Positions 1 to 11,343 of a stretch of DNA of 64,000 nt are shown here, piece after piece. How positions within the stretch are numbered: position 1 is the first letter of the stretch; every line of letters starts with the position of its first letter. A model generated the notes under the pieces. That model was given only the letters and a program-made list of their open reading frames with translations, did no database searches and had not been told where the DNA came from. The stretch is from Cystobasidiomycetes sp. EMM_F5. Lineage: Eukaryota. The position numbers were made by a program, and so were the translations under genes. The DNA is taken from the NCBI GenBank assembly GCA_051047955.1, contig JBPGPT010000027.1:124001-188000 (forward strand), given 5' to 3'.

Positions 1-24
1 CATCAGCAAAGTAGATCTTCCAGT

Positions 25-1887
25 ATGGTTCCGTTCCCTACGCATGCGGAGCAAACGCAACACAGATCCAATGCTATCAACGCTCAGACAGACGCGCAAA
101 GTGCCGGGAATGGCGAAATGTTCCGTGCGCGGGCCTGCTCAAGTCCGTCATTACCTCGCATGCCCATGCAGCCGAGATCGTCGTCTCGTCATCGATGGTA
201 CCAGCAGGAAAACTATTCAGGGCTGGATGGCAACGTCTCTGATCCGGACGTACAGTTCGTAGCATCCGGACAAGCTGAAGTAGAGCCCATCGAAGGCGTA
301 GATTTCGTCGACCAACCCAAAAGCCCCATCACGGATCATGCTATGCAAGGAGAGAGCAGCGATGATACAGACGATACGTACAACATATCTCGAGCTGATC
401 CAGCTTTACAAAAGGAAGTCAATATATGGTCTCATCTTGAAAACCATCCGCATATCGTACCTTTGCTCCGTTTTGTCGAGACTGATTTCGCGTCCTTCAT
501 ATTTATGCCGTTATGTTACAGTAATCTACTAGATTATGTCAAGCAACGTGGGCAAAGAATGTCGCAATCACCTCAAACTGGTCACTCTCAGGATCCTGGG
601 CTGGACAATACTTCACAATCCTCGTCAGCGGCGGATCTTGCGCGGAGTGCAAGTCTATCATCCGCTTCCGGTATTCGTAGGAACCCTTCATTGAGTAATC
701 CTAACGCTGCAAATAAACCTCAAAGATCAGCTTCTATTCGTATCCGCCGGCCAGGCGAAGTTCCTCCAGAGGGGTGTGGATTGCCGTTTGCAGAAGTGCG
801 CAAAATATTCGCGCAGCTCGTCTCTGGTCTGCTTTATCTGCATCGCGATGCGAGGGTCACGCACAAGGATATCAAGCTGGAGAATATCCTGCTCGACCAA
901 CAAGGATCCTTCAGGATATCAGATTTTGGTCTGGCTCATGCTGAAAAGACTATGGCGGCAGGTGGATATGTCTTTGGCGGGAGTAAGAAAGGCGCAAAAG
1001 ACAGGCGTGCTATTGCTCGATCGGATGGAGAAGTCCAATTGAGAGACTTTGGTACTGTGCTTGCCACTTCTGCGCCCGGTGCAGAGATGCCTTCACTAGG
1101 CGAAGCAGGCTCTATGCTGCTTGGCAGAGACGAGCGACGGGATCTGCACTCAAACAATCGGAAACTGCAGAGGCAAGCAGTGCCTGCTAATCTCGATCTG
1201 GCTGCCAACTTCATTGATCCGACGGCTGGATCGCTGCAGTACACGTCTCCGGAACAAATCAGATCACCTGCCGCAATCACGGATGCATCGGTCGATATAT
1301 GGGCCCTGGGCTGCGTGCTCTATGCGCTTATTACAGGATCACTACCGTTTGATGATGGTTTTGAGCCCCGTTTACGCGTCAATATCATGAAGGGAGACTG
1401 GGAGATGCCGTTAGTACTGGCAGCTTCGAATAAACAGGACAGCCCGGATGCATTCGCAGCAGACAAGGAAGGCATCAGAGAGGTCCTGGAAGGCTGTTTA
1501 CAGACGGACGCAAGCACTCGGTGGACTATCCAGCAGATTGCTTCCTCCGCCTGGCTGCAAGACGCTGTCCCGTCAGTACTTGCGCCAGCCTCGCCAATGC
1601 GTGGTCGACGCGTTCGCGATACCAAGAGCAAGCTTGGAAGTGCAAAGGAGAGCGCCGATGAGCAAGAGATTCGGTATCGGAGCCGTAGCCGAGGCAGGCC
1701 AGCCGCGTTGCGGTCCGACAGCACTTCATCTAGTCGACCTGCCTCATTGCGTCGTGGTCCTTCCCAAGATGAGTACAACAGAGCGAGGCGGCAGAGTCCC
1801 ATGTCGTCAAATTCCCGCAGTTCCCGCTCGCAGAGCAGAGGAAGGCGCTACGGAGGCGACAGCTCGAATAGTTGGGAGATTCTGTAG
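25..1887 (+). CDS. Ser/Thr protein kinase, probably 5'-truncated by the window edge; long inserts and an RS-rich tail
   Basis: Motifs KEVNIW..HPHIVPL, HKDIKLENILL, ISDFGL, GSLQYTSPE and DIWALGCVLY. No Gly-rich loop or VAIK motif is visible in the window. Confidence 0.9.
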   Translation: MVPFPTHAEQTQHRSNAINAQTDAQSAGNGEMFRARACSSPSLPRMPMQPRSSSRHRWYQQENYSGLDGNVSDPDVQFVASGQAEVEPIEGVDFVDQPKSPITDHAMQGESSDDTDDTYNISRADPALQKEVNIWSHLENHPHIVPLLRFVETDFASFIFMPLCYSNLLDYVKQRGQRMSQSPQTGHSQDPGLDNTSQSSSAADLARSASLSSASGIRRNPSLSNPNAANKPQRSASIRIRRPGEVPPEGCGLPFAEVRKIFAQLVSGLLYLHRDARVTHKDIKLENILLDQQGSFRISDFGLAHAEKTMAAGGYVFGGSKKGAKDRRAIARSDGEVQLRDFGTVLATSAPGAEMPSLGEAGSMLLGRDERRDLHSNNRKLQRQAVPANLDLAANFIDPTAGSLQYTSPEQIRSPAAITDASVDIWALGCVLYALITGSLPFDDGFEPRLRVNIMKGDWEMPLVLAASNKQDSPDAFAADKEGIREVLEGCLQTDASTRWTIQQIASSAWLQDAVPSVLAPASPMRGRRVRDTKSKLGSAKESADEQEIRYRSRSRGRPAALRSDSTSSSRPASLRRGPSQDEYNRARRQSPMSSNSRSSRSQSRGRRYGGDSSNSWEIL

Positions 1888-2390
1888 ATACGGGAGTAGC
1901 GTCGCAAAACACTGGACATCACCATAGCATTGTAGTCACCGTATTGACGAAGTATTTTAACAATGTTGATGCGAATAACAATGCTGCAAATATCATTGTA
2001 TAATATCGTGCAATGTCGTCCAGTAATGCATTGCTAGACTGGAAAAGGGTACTGCTGCCAGATGTCAACACTCCTGTGCTACATTCGATTGATTACTTCA
2101 ATCGTCCACTGCCCGGCAGGCTGCCAGTCAGAGTCGGAGATGCCTGAATGCACGCATTAATCTTGTGTCCTTCTTTGAAATCACTATGCCAGGCTCAAGG
2201 CGGTGTGGCATCCCATGATCCCGCAGAAACATCTGGCAATGATCACTTCACTTTATGATCTTGCAGTCCGTCTGAGGCTGCAAAGCTTCTGCGACAAACC
2301 CGCCTCGACCCGGTGCTGAGGGGACCGGTTTTTGATAAGACGATCTTGACGCAAGACGTGATGGAGATCACCAGGCGCGGTCTTGAAGCT

Positions 2391-4324
2391 CTAACGCTTG
2401 ACCCCGGCATGCTGACTTGCTAGTTCTCGCCAGGCTTCCATCCATTGCGTATCGAAAGTGGCTTCGTTGAACTTTTCGAGTGCTAGCGCTCTTGCCCTTT
2501 CCCGCATGGCTAGCTTCTCTGACTCCGGCATCGAAAATACCTCATCGATGCGTCTTGCAAATGCGTTTATTGAGGACGCATGGAAGCCGGTCGGCAAACC
2601 TTGGTAAGGCACCACGATGTCTAACAGAGGCCCGCCGGATGCGTGAGCGACGGTGATGAGACCGGCAGCCATGAATTCGACAACATTGATCCCGAAATGC
2701 TCGTCAATCATCGTGCTGAGCCCTATTGAAGCTCGTGCAAACAGACGGACGAGATCCTGCCATGGAGCGTTGATGACGAATTCGATGTTTGACTAAAATC
2801 ACGACACATAGACCGTCAGCAAACATTGGCGATACAAGTCATCAAGACTTACTTCTAAGCCAAATCGTTGTACTAGGTCTCTCAGACGTTGCACTCTGTC
2901 TTCATCGCCCTGATTGCGTACGCTGCCGGCCATGATGAGCTTTACATGTCCCCGAAGTTCCGGACGTAGATCGAGATATGCCTGAAAAGCCCTAATTTGC
3001 GTTTCGTGCTCCTTTTCCGGTCTGTTTGCTCAACTTTTGTCAGCCGGTCGAATCAGTAGGTTCGTGTAACGGCGCACCGAAATTGCGCCACGCTCAGCAG
3101 AACATTCTCTCGATTTTCTAGTTTGAGAGTCGATAACGTCTTGCTGTCGCAGGGCGGGTATACGATTCTAGCAGACATGCTGCTACCGGTAGACGGGGTG
3201 ACGGTGGAATCGTTGTAATCTGGCAGGTCCGTGTATCTCCCGCTCAAAAGGCCGTCGATGTGTGCCTTGGTCCACGATGAATTGACCATGAGATAGTTGG
3301 CTTGTCGTAGGCAGAATGCGTACAATCTTGCAAAGATTAGATAATAGTACAATTTCCCGAAGGAGAGAATTGTGGAAGATGCTACGGTTGAGGTGTTTGT
3401 GTGACCTTGAGACCTCTGACGGACGCGCTGAAGCATGTTTGTGCTGCATGGGTGTATGTCAGGTTTTGTTGGGCTCGACTTTTCGCCTAACATCGTACCT
3501 GATAGTCGGATAATGAACGTATGCTCCGACAGGAATGTCCGCACAGAACTTGACGAGTGGAAATGTGAAAGCATAGCCCATAGTGTCTTGCATTATACCG
3601 TCAACGCTATCGTTATACTAGAATAGTCTTCGTACTCACCGATGAATATGTCTGGGACAATGCCTTGCAAGGCTTCCCATCCGAGTGCGATGCTTCCAAT
3701 GCTCTGGCCGATCATTGTGAACCTTGGCCAGGTAGCGTCTTCTATCAATCTCCGTTTATTGAGGTGTATCAGGTGAAGGCGTGACGGGTCAATTGAAATG
3801 GAGAATCGATTCTATGGGATTATATTTGATTTAGAAAGATGTATTGGGATACAATGCTTCTTCCTACTTGAGCCTTCTCTGCCATTGCGAGCTTGGATAC
3901 TCCCACATCGCCAGTATACAATACGCAGACGACGTTCGGCTCTTCGCGCTGCATGCACGCAATAGCGGCCCAAAGGACGCGCTCTCCGCCTCCACCTGCA
4001 TTACTGCAACCGTTAGTAGATGATTAGCGAGATAGAACAAAAGTCAGCCGAAAACAACAAAGTCAGCTTTCAACACGGATGTCCATCAATGTGCCGGTGT
4101 TTCGCGCACCAGTACGGATGGAAAAAGCCGACGAGTACTAGATTTTCAGTCTTTGTTTCAGAGAGAGCTAGTTCCTTCAGTATAGCACTTCTCCGCTGCG
4201 CGTTTGCTGCGTCGAGCTGTTTACGAAAGACACGTCGTAGATATCTTGCGATGGCGTAGAAGAAGAGCCCGATAGTCACAAAGCTGACGAGCAGCACGCC
4301 AGTCCACGGTGGAGCGGAAGCCAT
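2391..4324 (-). CDS. ALG11: GDP-Man:Man3GlcNAc2-PP-Dol alpha-1,2-mannosyltransferase (multi-exon)
   Basis: N-terminal TM segment, [26 protein letters not shown] and [25 protein letters not shown]. Confidence 0.93.
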
Positions 4325-4520
4325 GCTCGGAGGGCAGAAGATATCATGGACTTGCTGGCATTTGGGACTGACGGAAGAAGTGGAGCTTTAAAGCTAACCG
4401 ACTGGCTGACTGGCCTGAACAACGACAACGACGACGCTGACTTCCATCCTACGGCGCAGTGTTGCTGTGCGGAGACCGCTATCCAGCTTCAGCACCGTCA
4501 AAGGCCGCAGTCTATCAAGC

Positions 4521-5313
4521 ATGGCAACCCATTCGGACGACAATTGCATATTGCAAGTAGCATTCGCAAGACTGGATGGCACTGACATACTAACGCGCAT
4601 GCTGATGTTCTATCGTTGTAATTGACAGCTGCAAGATCATCAAGTGCGTTGAGTCTCCGTCCTTGATCCGGCTATGACTTGACGCAGGTGACCGTGTACA
4701 GAGGCGATATCCCCTCATTCAAGCTTGTCGACACGCCAACTACCTACGCGTTCCTCGACATTGGCCCGCTCGCCAAAGGTCACAGTCTGGTCATCCCAAA
4801 ATGTGGGTATGGGTCATGGATTCCGTATGAAACTAGCGGACACCTCGGCTGATTACTTCTCTGGTAGACCATGGTGCAAAGTTGACAGACATTCCCGATG
4901 AGCACCTTGGCGAAATTGTCAAGCACTGTAAAGCCATTGCAAACGCAGGCGGCTTCGAAAACTACAAGTATGTATGAGCAAAGTGCGATAGCAATGGGGA
5001 TGTTAATCTGGCATGCGCAGTATTCTGCAAAACAACGGTAAACTTGCGCATCAGGAGGTGTTTCATGTCCATTGTGAGATGTGCTATCCCTTCGCGTTCT
5101 CGTGACCGATATTGATGCCGACGTTCGTGGGCTTTTAGTTCATGTTATCCCCAAGCCGAATGAAAAGGAGGGTCTCGGCGTCGGCTGGCCACAACAGAAG
5201 GCTGACATGGACGAACTCAAGAAGTACTGTGAGGAAATGTAAGTAAGATTCCGACTTGTGAGGCTGCACAATGCTCATTTGGGCATGTGTGGTTCAGCAA
5301 AAGCAGATTGTAA
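4521..5313 (+). CDS. HNT1: HIT-family adenosine 5'-monophosphoramidase (multi-exon, GC-AG first intron)
   Basis: Spliced by hand: MATHSDDNCIFCKIIKGDIPS...AFLDIGPLAKGHSLVIPK...ILQNNGKLAHQEVFHVHFHVIPKP...KSRL. Contains the HxHxH triad. Confidence 0.92.
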
Positions 5314-5498
5314 TAGGTATCAATGATGTCAAATGTCGAGTACGGCAGTCAGGTCGGGCACTCAGAACCTGGGTCAGATGCAGGACCAATGATTACATTC
5401 GTTAATACATCGGAAAACTGTTGCACATCGACATAAACCCAGACGGCAGACAAGTAAAGACACGAAATGGCAGATTAATCGCTCCGCTCGCACGGCTC

Positions 5499-6904
5499 TT
5501 ACGCTCGCAAGTACGATCCTGTTTGTAGTGGTATCGTTAGATCTGTCCGACTACTATGTCCAGAACCCGCATTGTATACTGACCGACGACGATACAGTGA
5601 TCCCTCTCGTACGGCTCGAGGGTAAGCTGTTCGTGAGGCTTGATCATCTCTGCTTGCATCTTTTTGACTTCGGCAGCAAATACGACTTCTGCCTTTGCTG
5701 TAGAGTCGATACACGACGCTTTTATAGACACGACGACCTTGCCGTTATTCTTCAAAAAGTGGTGAGCGTTGAGTCCCACGATACGCGCTTGATCCGGTTG
5801 CGCAACGTCGGCAAAGATGACGTCGACCATCGGTACTAGCATGCGGTACTTCATCGGATGCCGTGCGTCCTCCACAATGGGTACTACATTTGTTCGTCGT
5901 CGTGCCATGCCGATGAGGTCACGTCCAGACCGGTTTGAGAATTCGACGGCGTATACAGCTCCCTCCTATAAACACACCAGATCATTTAGCGTGCGACTGC
6001 GAGAAGTCGAGTAAACACCGCTTACGGGTCCGACAACGTCCGCTACGTGCGAGACGGATGTGCCAGAGGCAGCTCCAAGATACAATACCTTTTTGCCGGG
6101 TGCAATATGAATATCATCCAGACCACCGAGGATACCTGCTGCCAGCTTGCTTCTGAACGGGTTCCACACCCTGTATTCAATCTTTTGCTTGACGTCCTCT
6201 GCTTTGCTTCCATCGGCTGTCGTCGGAGCTGGCACAGTCGTCTCTATGCTGATGCGCTTCTCGCCGTAGACTGATTCGCCTGGGACAATGTTGCGTGTGA
6301 CGAGTAGATGCTCCTTGCCCTTTGCGACAAAGACTCCGGCATGTCTGTGGGGTTCGACAATGACTTTGGCACCTCCTCCGGCGGCGCCTGACGAAATAGA
6401 CCACGGAGCGATTAGTTTCAGGTTGCCGTATACGTCGGTCACACTCTTTGCGCACCTCCTCGCCCTCCGCCTCGTCCACCTCTACCGCCTCTTCCAGGTG
6501 CACCTCTTCCACCACGAGGGCCACCTCTGCCGCCGCCTCTGCCTGGCGCACCTCTTCCGCGGTCACCACCTCGTCCACCTCTGCTTGCACCTCGTCCAGC
6601 TCCGCCAAATCCTGGATAGTCAGTAATCCAGCGTCAGCCATAGATTGTCGAGAATTATCGCAGCTTTTTTGCCAGATTTGCATCAGTACGGGCGGTGAGT
6701 GAAACTGACCTCCACCACGACCACCGCGGTCACTTCCGCCTCCTCTGCTGCCGCCTCGTCCGAATGATCCACCTCTCCCTCCGCCGCGACTGGGTGCTCC
6801 GCCTGTAATGATTTTGGCAGATTTTGGTCAAATGCGATAATTTTCGACATTAGCCCGACTATTGTGAGTGCAGAGTATGGCACTGCTGGCCTACCGTATG
6901 CCAT
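5499..6904 (-). CDS. NOP1: Fibrillarin, rRNA 2'-O-methyltransferase
   Basis: RGG-rich N-terminal exons, [41 protein letters not shown] and [12 protein letters not shown]. Confidence 0.97.
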
Positions 6905-7294
6905 TATTGCTGGTGAATGGCCGTACTTGTTGGGAGCTGGCAGCTGGTGATTCGTGCTGGTGCAGTATGAGCGGATGCGAGAGGTCCTCAATGGCAACGG
7001 CAAAATTACAACACCATTCTGGCTGGTCACAAAGCAAGCAAATGCAAGTTGAACTCCATCTGACTACCATCACAACGCTCTGAACAAACGCACAACCTTA
7101 CTCCCCGAGCATCGCCGTGTATTCGGCAATCTCGCTGACGGCCTTGGTAGCCTTGTTAAATCCATTCAAGATTCCGACCACTTTCTCACCCTTACCATGC
7201 CGTTTATTCCACTGCGCTCGAGTCCACTCCGTCATTGAACCTATTGAGATTTGGAGTCCAAGTCATTAACGGCTTCAGTTTAAGAAAGTTCATC

Positions 7295-8952
7295 CTACTT
7301 ACGATGCTGGCGTTGTTTTACTCCTGGCGGGATGAAGGTGCGCGGGTCTGGCTTCTGCCTGACCTTCTCTTGCGCTGGCGGCAAGAAGCTGCTGGAGGGC
7401 TTTCTGGCAGGTGCCTTGAAGCCTGAAGCTTGCTGCACTACAGGCGGGCTTACATTCCCGACGGATGGTGTGCGTACGCCAGTTTGTTTTACTCCGTATG
7501 TCTGATCTGGTCTCGACTTCATTGGCCTCGCATTCGTGGGCCTAGTAGGTGCAGTGAGCGAGTTGCGCAAAGTAAAGTTTCCCTGCCCTTGCGAGTAAAA
7601 GGTACCCAAGGACTGCCTACTGTTCGTTGTGCGAAGTGCAGGTGTTGACGGTTGTCTGACTGGCACTTGTTTCTGGGCGTTCATTTGTAATGTGCTCAAA
7701 AAGGGTTTAGGCGTGATGCTCGAGCTTTGACTGACTGGCACGATATTATACCCGGTAAGCTCCTGAGAAGTTGAACGCTGTTTACCTTTCGCACCACTTG
7801 GCATTCTCTCCTCGCGTAATCTCCCTGTCTCTTCATTGAAAGCTCGAGAGGCCTTGATATCTGCATAGGATGGTCCATAGGCGTTGGTTTGGTTCTGAGC
7901 AGCTCCAGCATTTTTATAGTCATTCAACGACTTCTGCAGGCGGTCTGCGTAGCGGTTTGTCGCAGCTGGATCTGGGTCCGGTCCGATGTTGTTAGCAGCG
8001 GAAATGATCTCTTTTACTACCCTGTTCGCCAGAGCTATCCACAATGCATCTTTTTTCGCTCTCAACCAGGCAGCGATATTTGGAATCTCGTTGGGGGTCT
8101 TTGCATACTTCAAAAGATCGTTATTTTCGAGATACTTGAATAACGTCTCAGCACTTGTGATGCGGATAGCATTTGTCTGATTCCAGGTGTTACCCGCGTT
8201 GCGATGTCGCTTCATTACGCCGAGATCTCGTCTAATGACTTGATCAAAAACTTCCATGTAAACAAGCGCTTTAGCGTACGCATCGTCTTAGGGAAATAGT
8301 CGGATGTAGGCGACCAAGATCTATACAGAAAAGGTTTGAGCTATGGTGGCCGTATTGGAAAGTCGTCATGCTTGAAACACTCGCCTGTCCTGCAAAACTC
8401 ATACCAGCCTTATTGGGTACCGCATCGAAAGCTGGGAGATAGAGGCGAGCTCGCAGGGTTGCGTTAGCATTGTCCTTTAGCCTAATCTGTAAGGATGCGC
8501 TTATTATCTGTTGCGCTACCGTGCGTGCGTCTTCTGCCCACATCCATTTCGTCCGGAGGTGGGAGGCGATCTCGGCAATCTTCCGGGGAGAATTGCACGC
8601 TTCCGCTAGAAGGTCTTGCTCTTGCAGATACGTGCACAATGACTGTGCGCCCGCAATGTCTATCTCTCGTGTCTGGTTAGAGCCAGCTGCGAGGTCACGT
8701 CGGATTGCCGCGTCAAAGAGCCGCGCCCACGTTAGCGCATCGACAAAAAGCCTATCAGCTGGAAACAACTTCATATACTCAATCAAGATCTAGGACAAAA
8801 CAAGTTCAATCAGCAACGGCTTGCTTGCAGCTTACAGTCCTCACCTGTCCTACGACAGTCATCTCGACCTTGATTGGCACGTTATCGAATGTTGGGAGGT
8901 ACAGCCTCTTCGAATCGAATGCCCCGGCAGACCCGCGGCGAACCCTGTTCAT
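7295..8952 (-). pseudogene. Orphan gene with a tandemly duplicated ~130-aa domain and an in-frame TAA at 8290-8288 (pseudogene or split gene)
   Basis: The two repeats align (RLYLPTFDNVP/RLYLPAFDAVP; LFDAAIRRDL/VFDQVIRRDL) and have an intron at the same position. The second repeat reads ILVAYIRLFP*DDAYAK. Confidence 0.6.
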
Positions 8953-9398
8953 CCTTATGAATGCACGAGAGAGATTTGAGTGTTGGTCGATCAAGTATCT
9001 CGATGTTGAGGTCAAAAATGCAGATGAGTAGAGGCACGACCGCAAAAAGAGGTAGCACAGCTGTGTCACGGCCCGGAGCGTTCTGCACAGCCTTGAAGTT
9101 GCGTTGCATTGTACTCCGTCAGCTAGGTCGAGTCTTCGTGAGAACAGTATTTATGTCTAAGCGGACAGGCTTTCTGCACAAGCAGGCGAAGGTCTGATTG
9201 TACGGAGGGTGAGCCGATAGGCGAAATGACACAGTGTAGCACAATTAACAATTGACGGTCAGGGTGTAAGTATTTCCGCATCCGATTGCGTGAATTGGAC
9301 CCATACTCCAGCGATAACGGTTGTCAGTATTCATTTTCAAGCATCAGGCCGGTATTGAACCAGCCTTTTGTCGCAACCCAACTGAGACTGCATCCATA

Positions 9399-10925
9399 AT
9401 GTCGTCGTTGGCTGATGTTCCCGTCTCATCCTGGTCGTACATCGCAGAGGGTGGGGCCAACCTCGTTGTCGGGTACACTGGATCAGACCCAGCTTTTCGA
9501 GGACGGGTGCTGCGGCTGCGCAAAGTAGCCAACGAGAGCTTCACGCCGTCAATCTCCAGTCAGCTTCAAGATCCATCAGTCAGATTTACAGATGCCGTCG
9601 TCATTCCATTGCTGCCGGTGGATGCGACACCAGCCTTGGTCTCCATTCAGGTCCCAAGCCAGCAGTGGCTGCAGGACCTCGCTCAGCATATACAGCCATT
9701 CAGACCCGTAAAGCGCACGCAGGTCGACAGGATAGACCTCGACAGAAAGTACGCCGTCCTCGCAGAAGACCTCGTCGGTGCAGCCGGTTCGTCTGGATCA
9801 ACACGGCAACTGAGTGTCGAAATAAAGGTATGGGTGATGTTTGGAATAGTCGCTCTAAGCTGACCATGTATTTGATTTTCCTCGTTACTTCTATCGCGCA
9901 TACGAACGATAGCCGAAATGGGGCTTCCTCCCTCAATCAACACATCTGTCGGCCGCAACACTTCCTATCAAGACTAAATACTGCCGATTCTGCCTGCACA
10001 GCCTACATCGCTCTTCAAAAGATCTTCCACACTCGGAGGACTCCGTTACACGGTCCGGCTCAGCGCATGCAGACCATGGCGCGTCATACAAGAAAGGTTA
10101 TTGTCCGCTAGACCTATATTCGCAGGACGCGCAACGAGTGGAGACTGCCATTCGAGCGCTTGTCCAGACATGGAGGGCCTCTGATGGCCGAGGAAACAAC
10201 TTGAAGATCTTTTGTGATGGGAGGATGTTGGTGCCGCAAGAGGTGTGTTCAGCGATCCCTTTACATGGATGACTACGGCTAAATCGCTTGGCATGCAGCT
10301 GGGCCAGCAAGATATTCTGAACAATCTTGAGACTGTCGAGAGTACACTGGTACAGTTGCTTGTATTATTTCTCGCCTCGGACCCTTTACTACCGCACCTA
10401 GCAAGACTGCAGTCTAGTCTTGACTTTCTCGACACGGAAGGATTGCGATCTTTGCTACGGTCACGCACAAATATCGATATCCTTGCTGACAGCGGCAACG
10501 AAAGCGAAGTCGGTAGACTGGGTGGTGACATCAGCATGGAGGAATACGAGAATTTTGTCAGCCGACATTGCCAAGCCATCCGGTATGGCACATTTGCCGA
10601 AAGTGGAGTGGAAAAAATGGGTACAAGAGACATCATTATCGCTCATTTGCTTTCAGCTACCTTCAAAGATTGTTCGATGATCATTCGCGTGCCGGTAGAT
10701 GCCATTGGGCATAACCCGGATCCGTCACGATTATCGAACAGCAACCCTCCAAACGTCAGCAAGCACATTAGCGCGTCTCTAGTCGACTGCGACGTAAAAG
10801 CAGTTGACAGGATCTTCAAGTATGCGAGGCTGGACGCGGATCTGATCCGAAGCTTCCGCCATTGGGTCGTCAATGGTGGATGCTCTATTGAAGAGTGTGT
10901 ACCGAGTCAATTAACGACAGCCTGA
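9399..10925 (+). CDS. IPK1: Inositol-pentakisphosphate 2-kinase
   Basis: WSYIAEGGANLV, VEIK/PKWGFLP, YCRFCLH, YCPLDL, SATFKDCSMII and DCDVK; one intron. Confidence 0.88.
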
Positions 10926-11343
10926 TATCAATGTCAGGCCAAGAAAAAGGACTTTAGAATTGACACCATAATTGATTCTAATAAAGGCTTACACTGTTTG
11001 ACACACCGTTCAAGTTTGCTGCAAAAGCTTGAGTTTCATTGCGACAAGGTATAGACTGCAGCTGCTGACCAAGACATCTGTCCGAATCGTAGGTGCATGA
11101 CCGAGCACAAGAAGACGCTAGTGAACCGAAAGAGATTTTTCTCAAAAAATGACGTCACTTACCGATTCTCCATATGCATAATGCGGGCCTCCACCGAAAA
11201 ATTGTTGCAATGCGTCAAATAGCGCGCCACACTTTTAAGTCCGGCCACTTCAATGCCCGAGTGAGTTTCGCTCGATCTGCGAGGGAACGCTTGCTTTCCT
11301 ACACATCGTTTGGAGAGGAAGATTGCCGGCAGATACTGTAAAC

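Noticed and set aside
6288..6800. Repetitive His/Leu- and Ser/Thr-rich ORFs
   Set aside because: They are alternative-frame shadows of the fibrillarin RGG domain.
8288..8290. A-to-I editing rescue of the in-frame stop
   Set aside because: The codon is TAA, the aligned residue in repeat 1 is Ala rather than Trp, and such editing is known mainly from filamentous ascomycetes.
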